From: an uncultured bacterium
GTDB taxonomy: Bacteria; Chloroflexota; UBA5177; JANWHV01
Direction of reading: 5' to 3'
DNA length: 64,000 nt
NCBI GenBank assembly: GCA_963729625.1
Contig: CAVSOU010000010.1
Span: forward strand, 608,001 to 672,000
The notes beneath the pieces are model-generated. The model was not told where the DNA came from, made no database searches, and saw only the letters and a list, made by a program, of their open reading frames with translations. This document shows positions 63,935 through 64,000 of this stretch, in pieces. The position numbers were made by a program, and so were the translations under genes. The number at the start of each line of letters is the position of its first letter. The stretch's first letter is position 1.

Positions 63935-64000
63935 GCAGCCCGCTGCCCTTGCCTCGATTCATCGCACAGGTCCAGAGGCATCTCACACCGCCATAACGCT

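Overview
A high-GC (roughly 60-65%) bacterial chromosomal window of mostly housekeeping genes. The 16S sequence and a C-terminal 'xFxETGH' cell-surface repeat point to a peptidoglycan-containing Chloroflexota member; this is inferred, not database-checked. Contents: pheA, murI, rpsU, an L,D-transpeptidase lipoprotein, a Leu T-box-controlled ilvB-ilvN-ilvC-leuA-leuB-cimA operon, a sugar ABC transporter, a UbiB kinase, coaX-ispE, aspS, rpsF-ssb-rpsR plus a foldase, ddl, clpS, purA, rnj, valS, murJ, mog/moaB, a full rRNA operon (16S, tRNA-Ile, 23S, 5S), a DUF2232-like gene with an ECF module, an orphan histidine kinase and a PRTase. No integrase, transposase, phage structural gene or CRISPR array was seen. 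Best novelty candidates: (i) the valS-murJ interval, with a tandem Rep-O-like wHTH + DnaA_N protein converging on a ~130-nt sRNA that has three C-rich anti-SD-like loops and lies behind three GTTAAG repeats at 11-bp phase; (ii) a ~150-190-nt multibranched ncRNA candidate at 24037-24226; (iii) a poly-Arg uORF next to an RBS-occluding hairpin of a TauE transporter; (iv) a 20-bp minisatellite and REP/IS605-end-like palindromes in and around the ilv-leu operon. All RNA structures were paired by eye.
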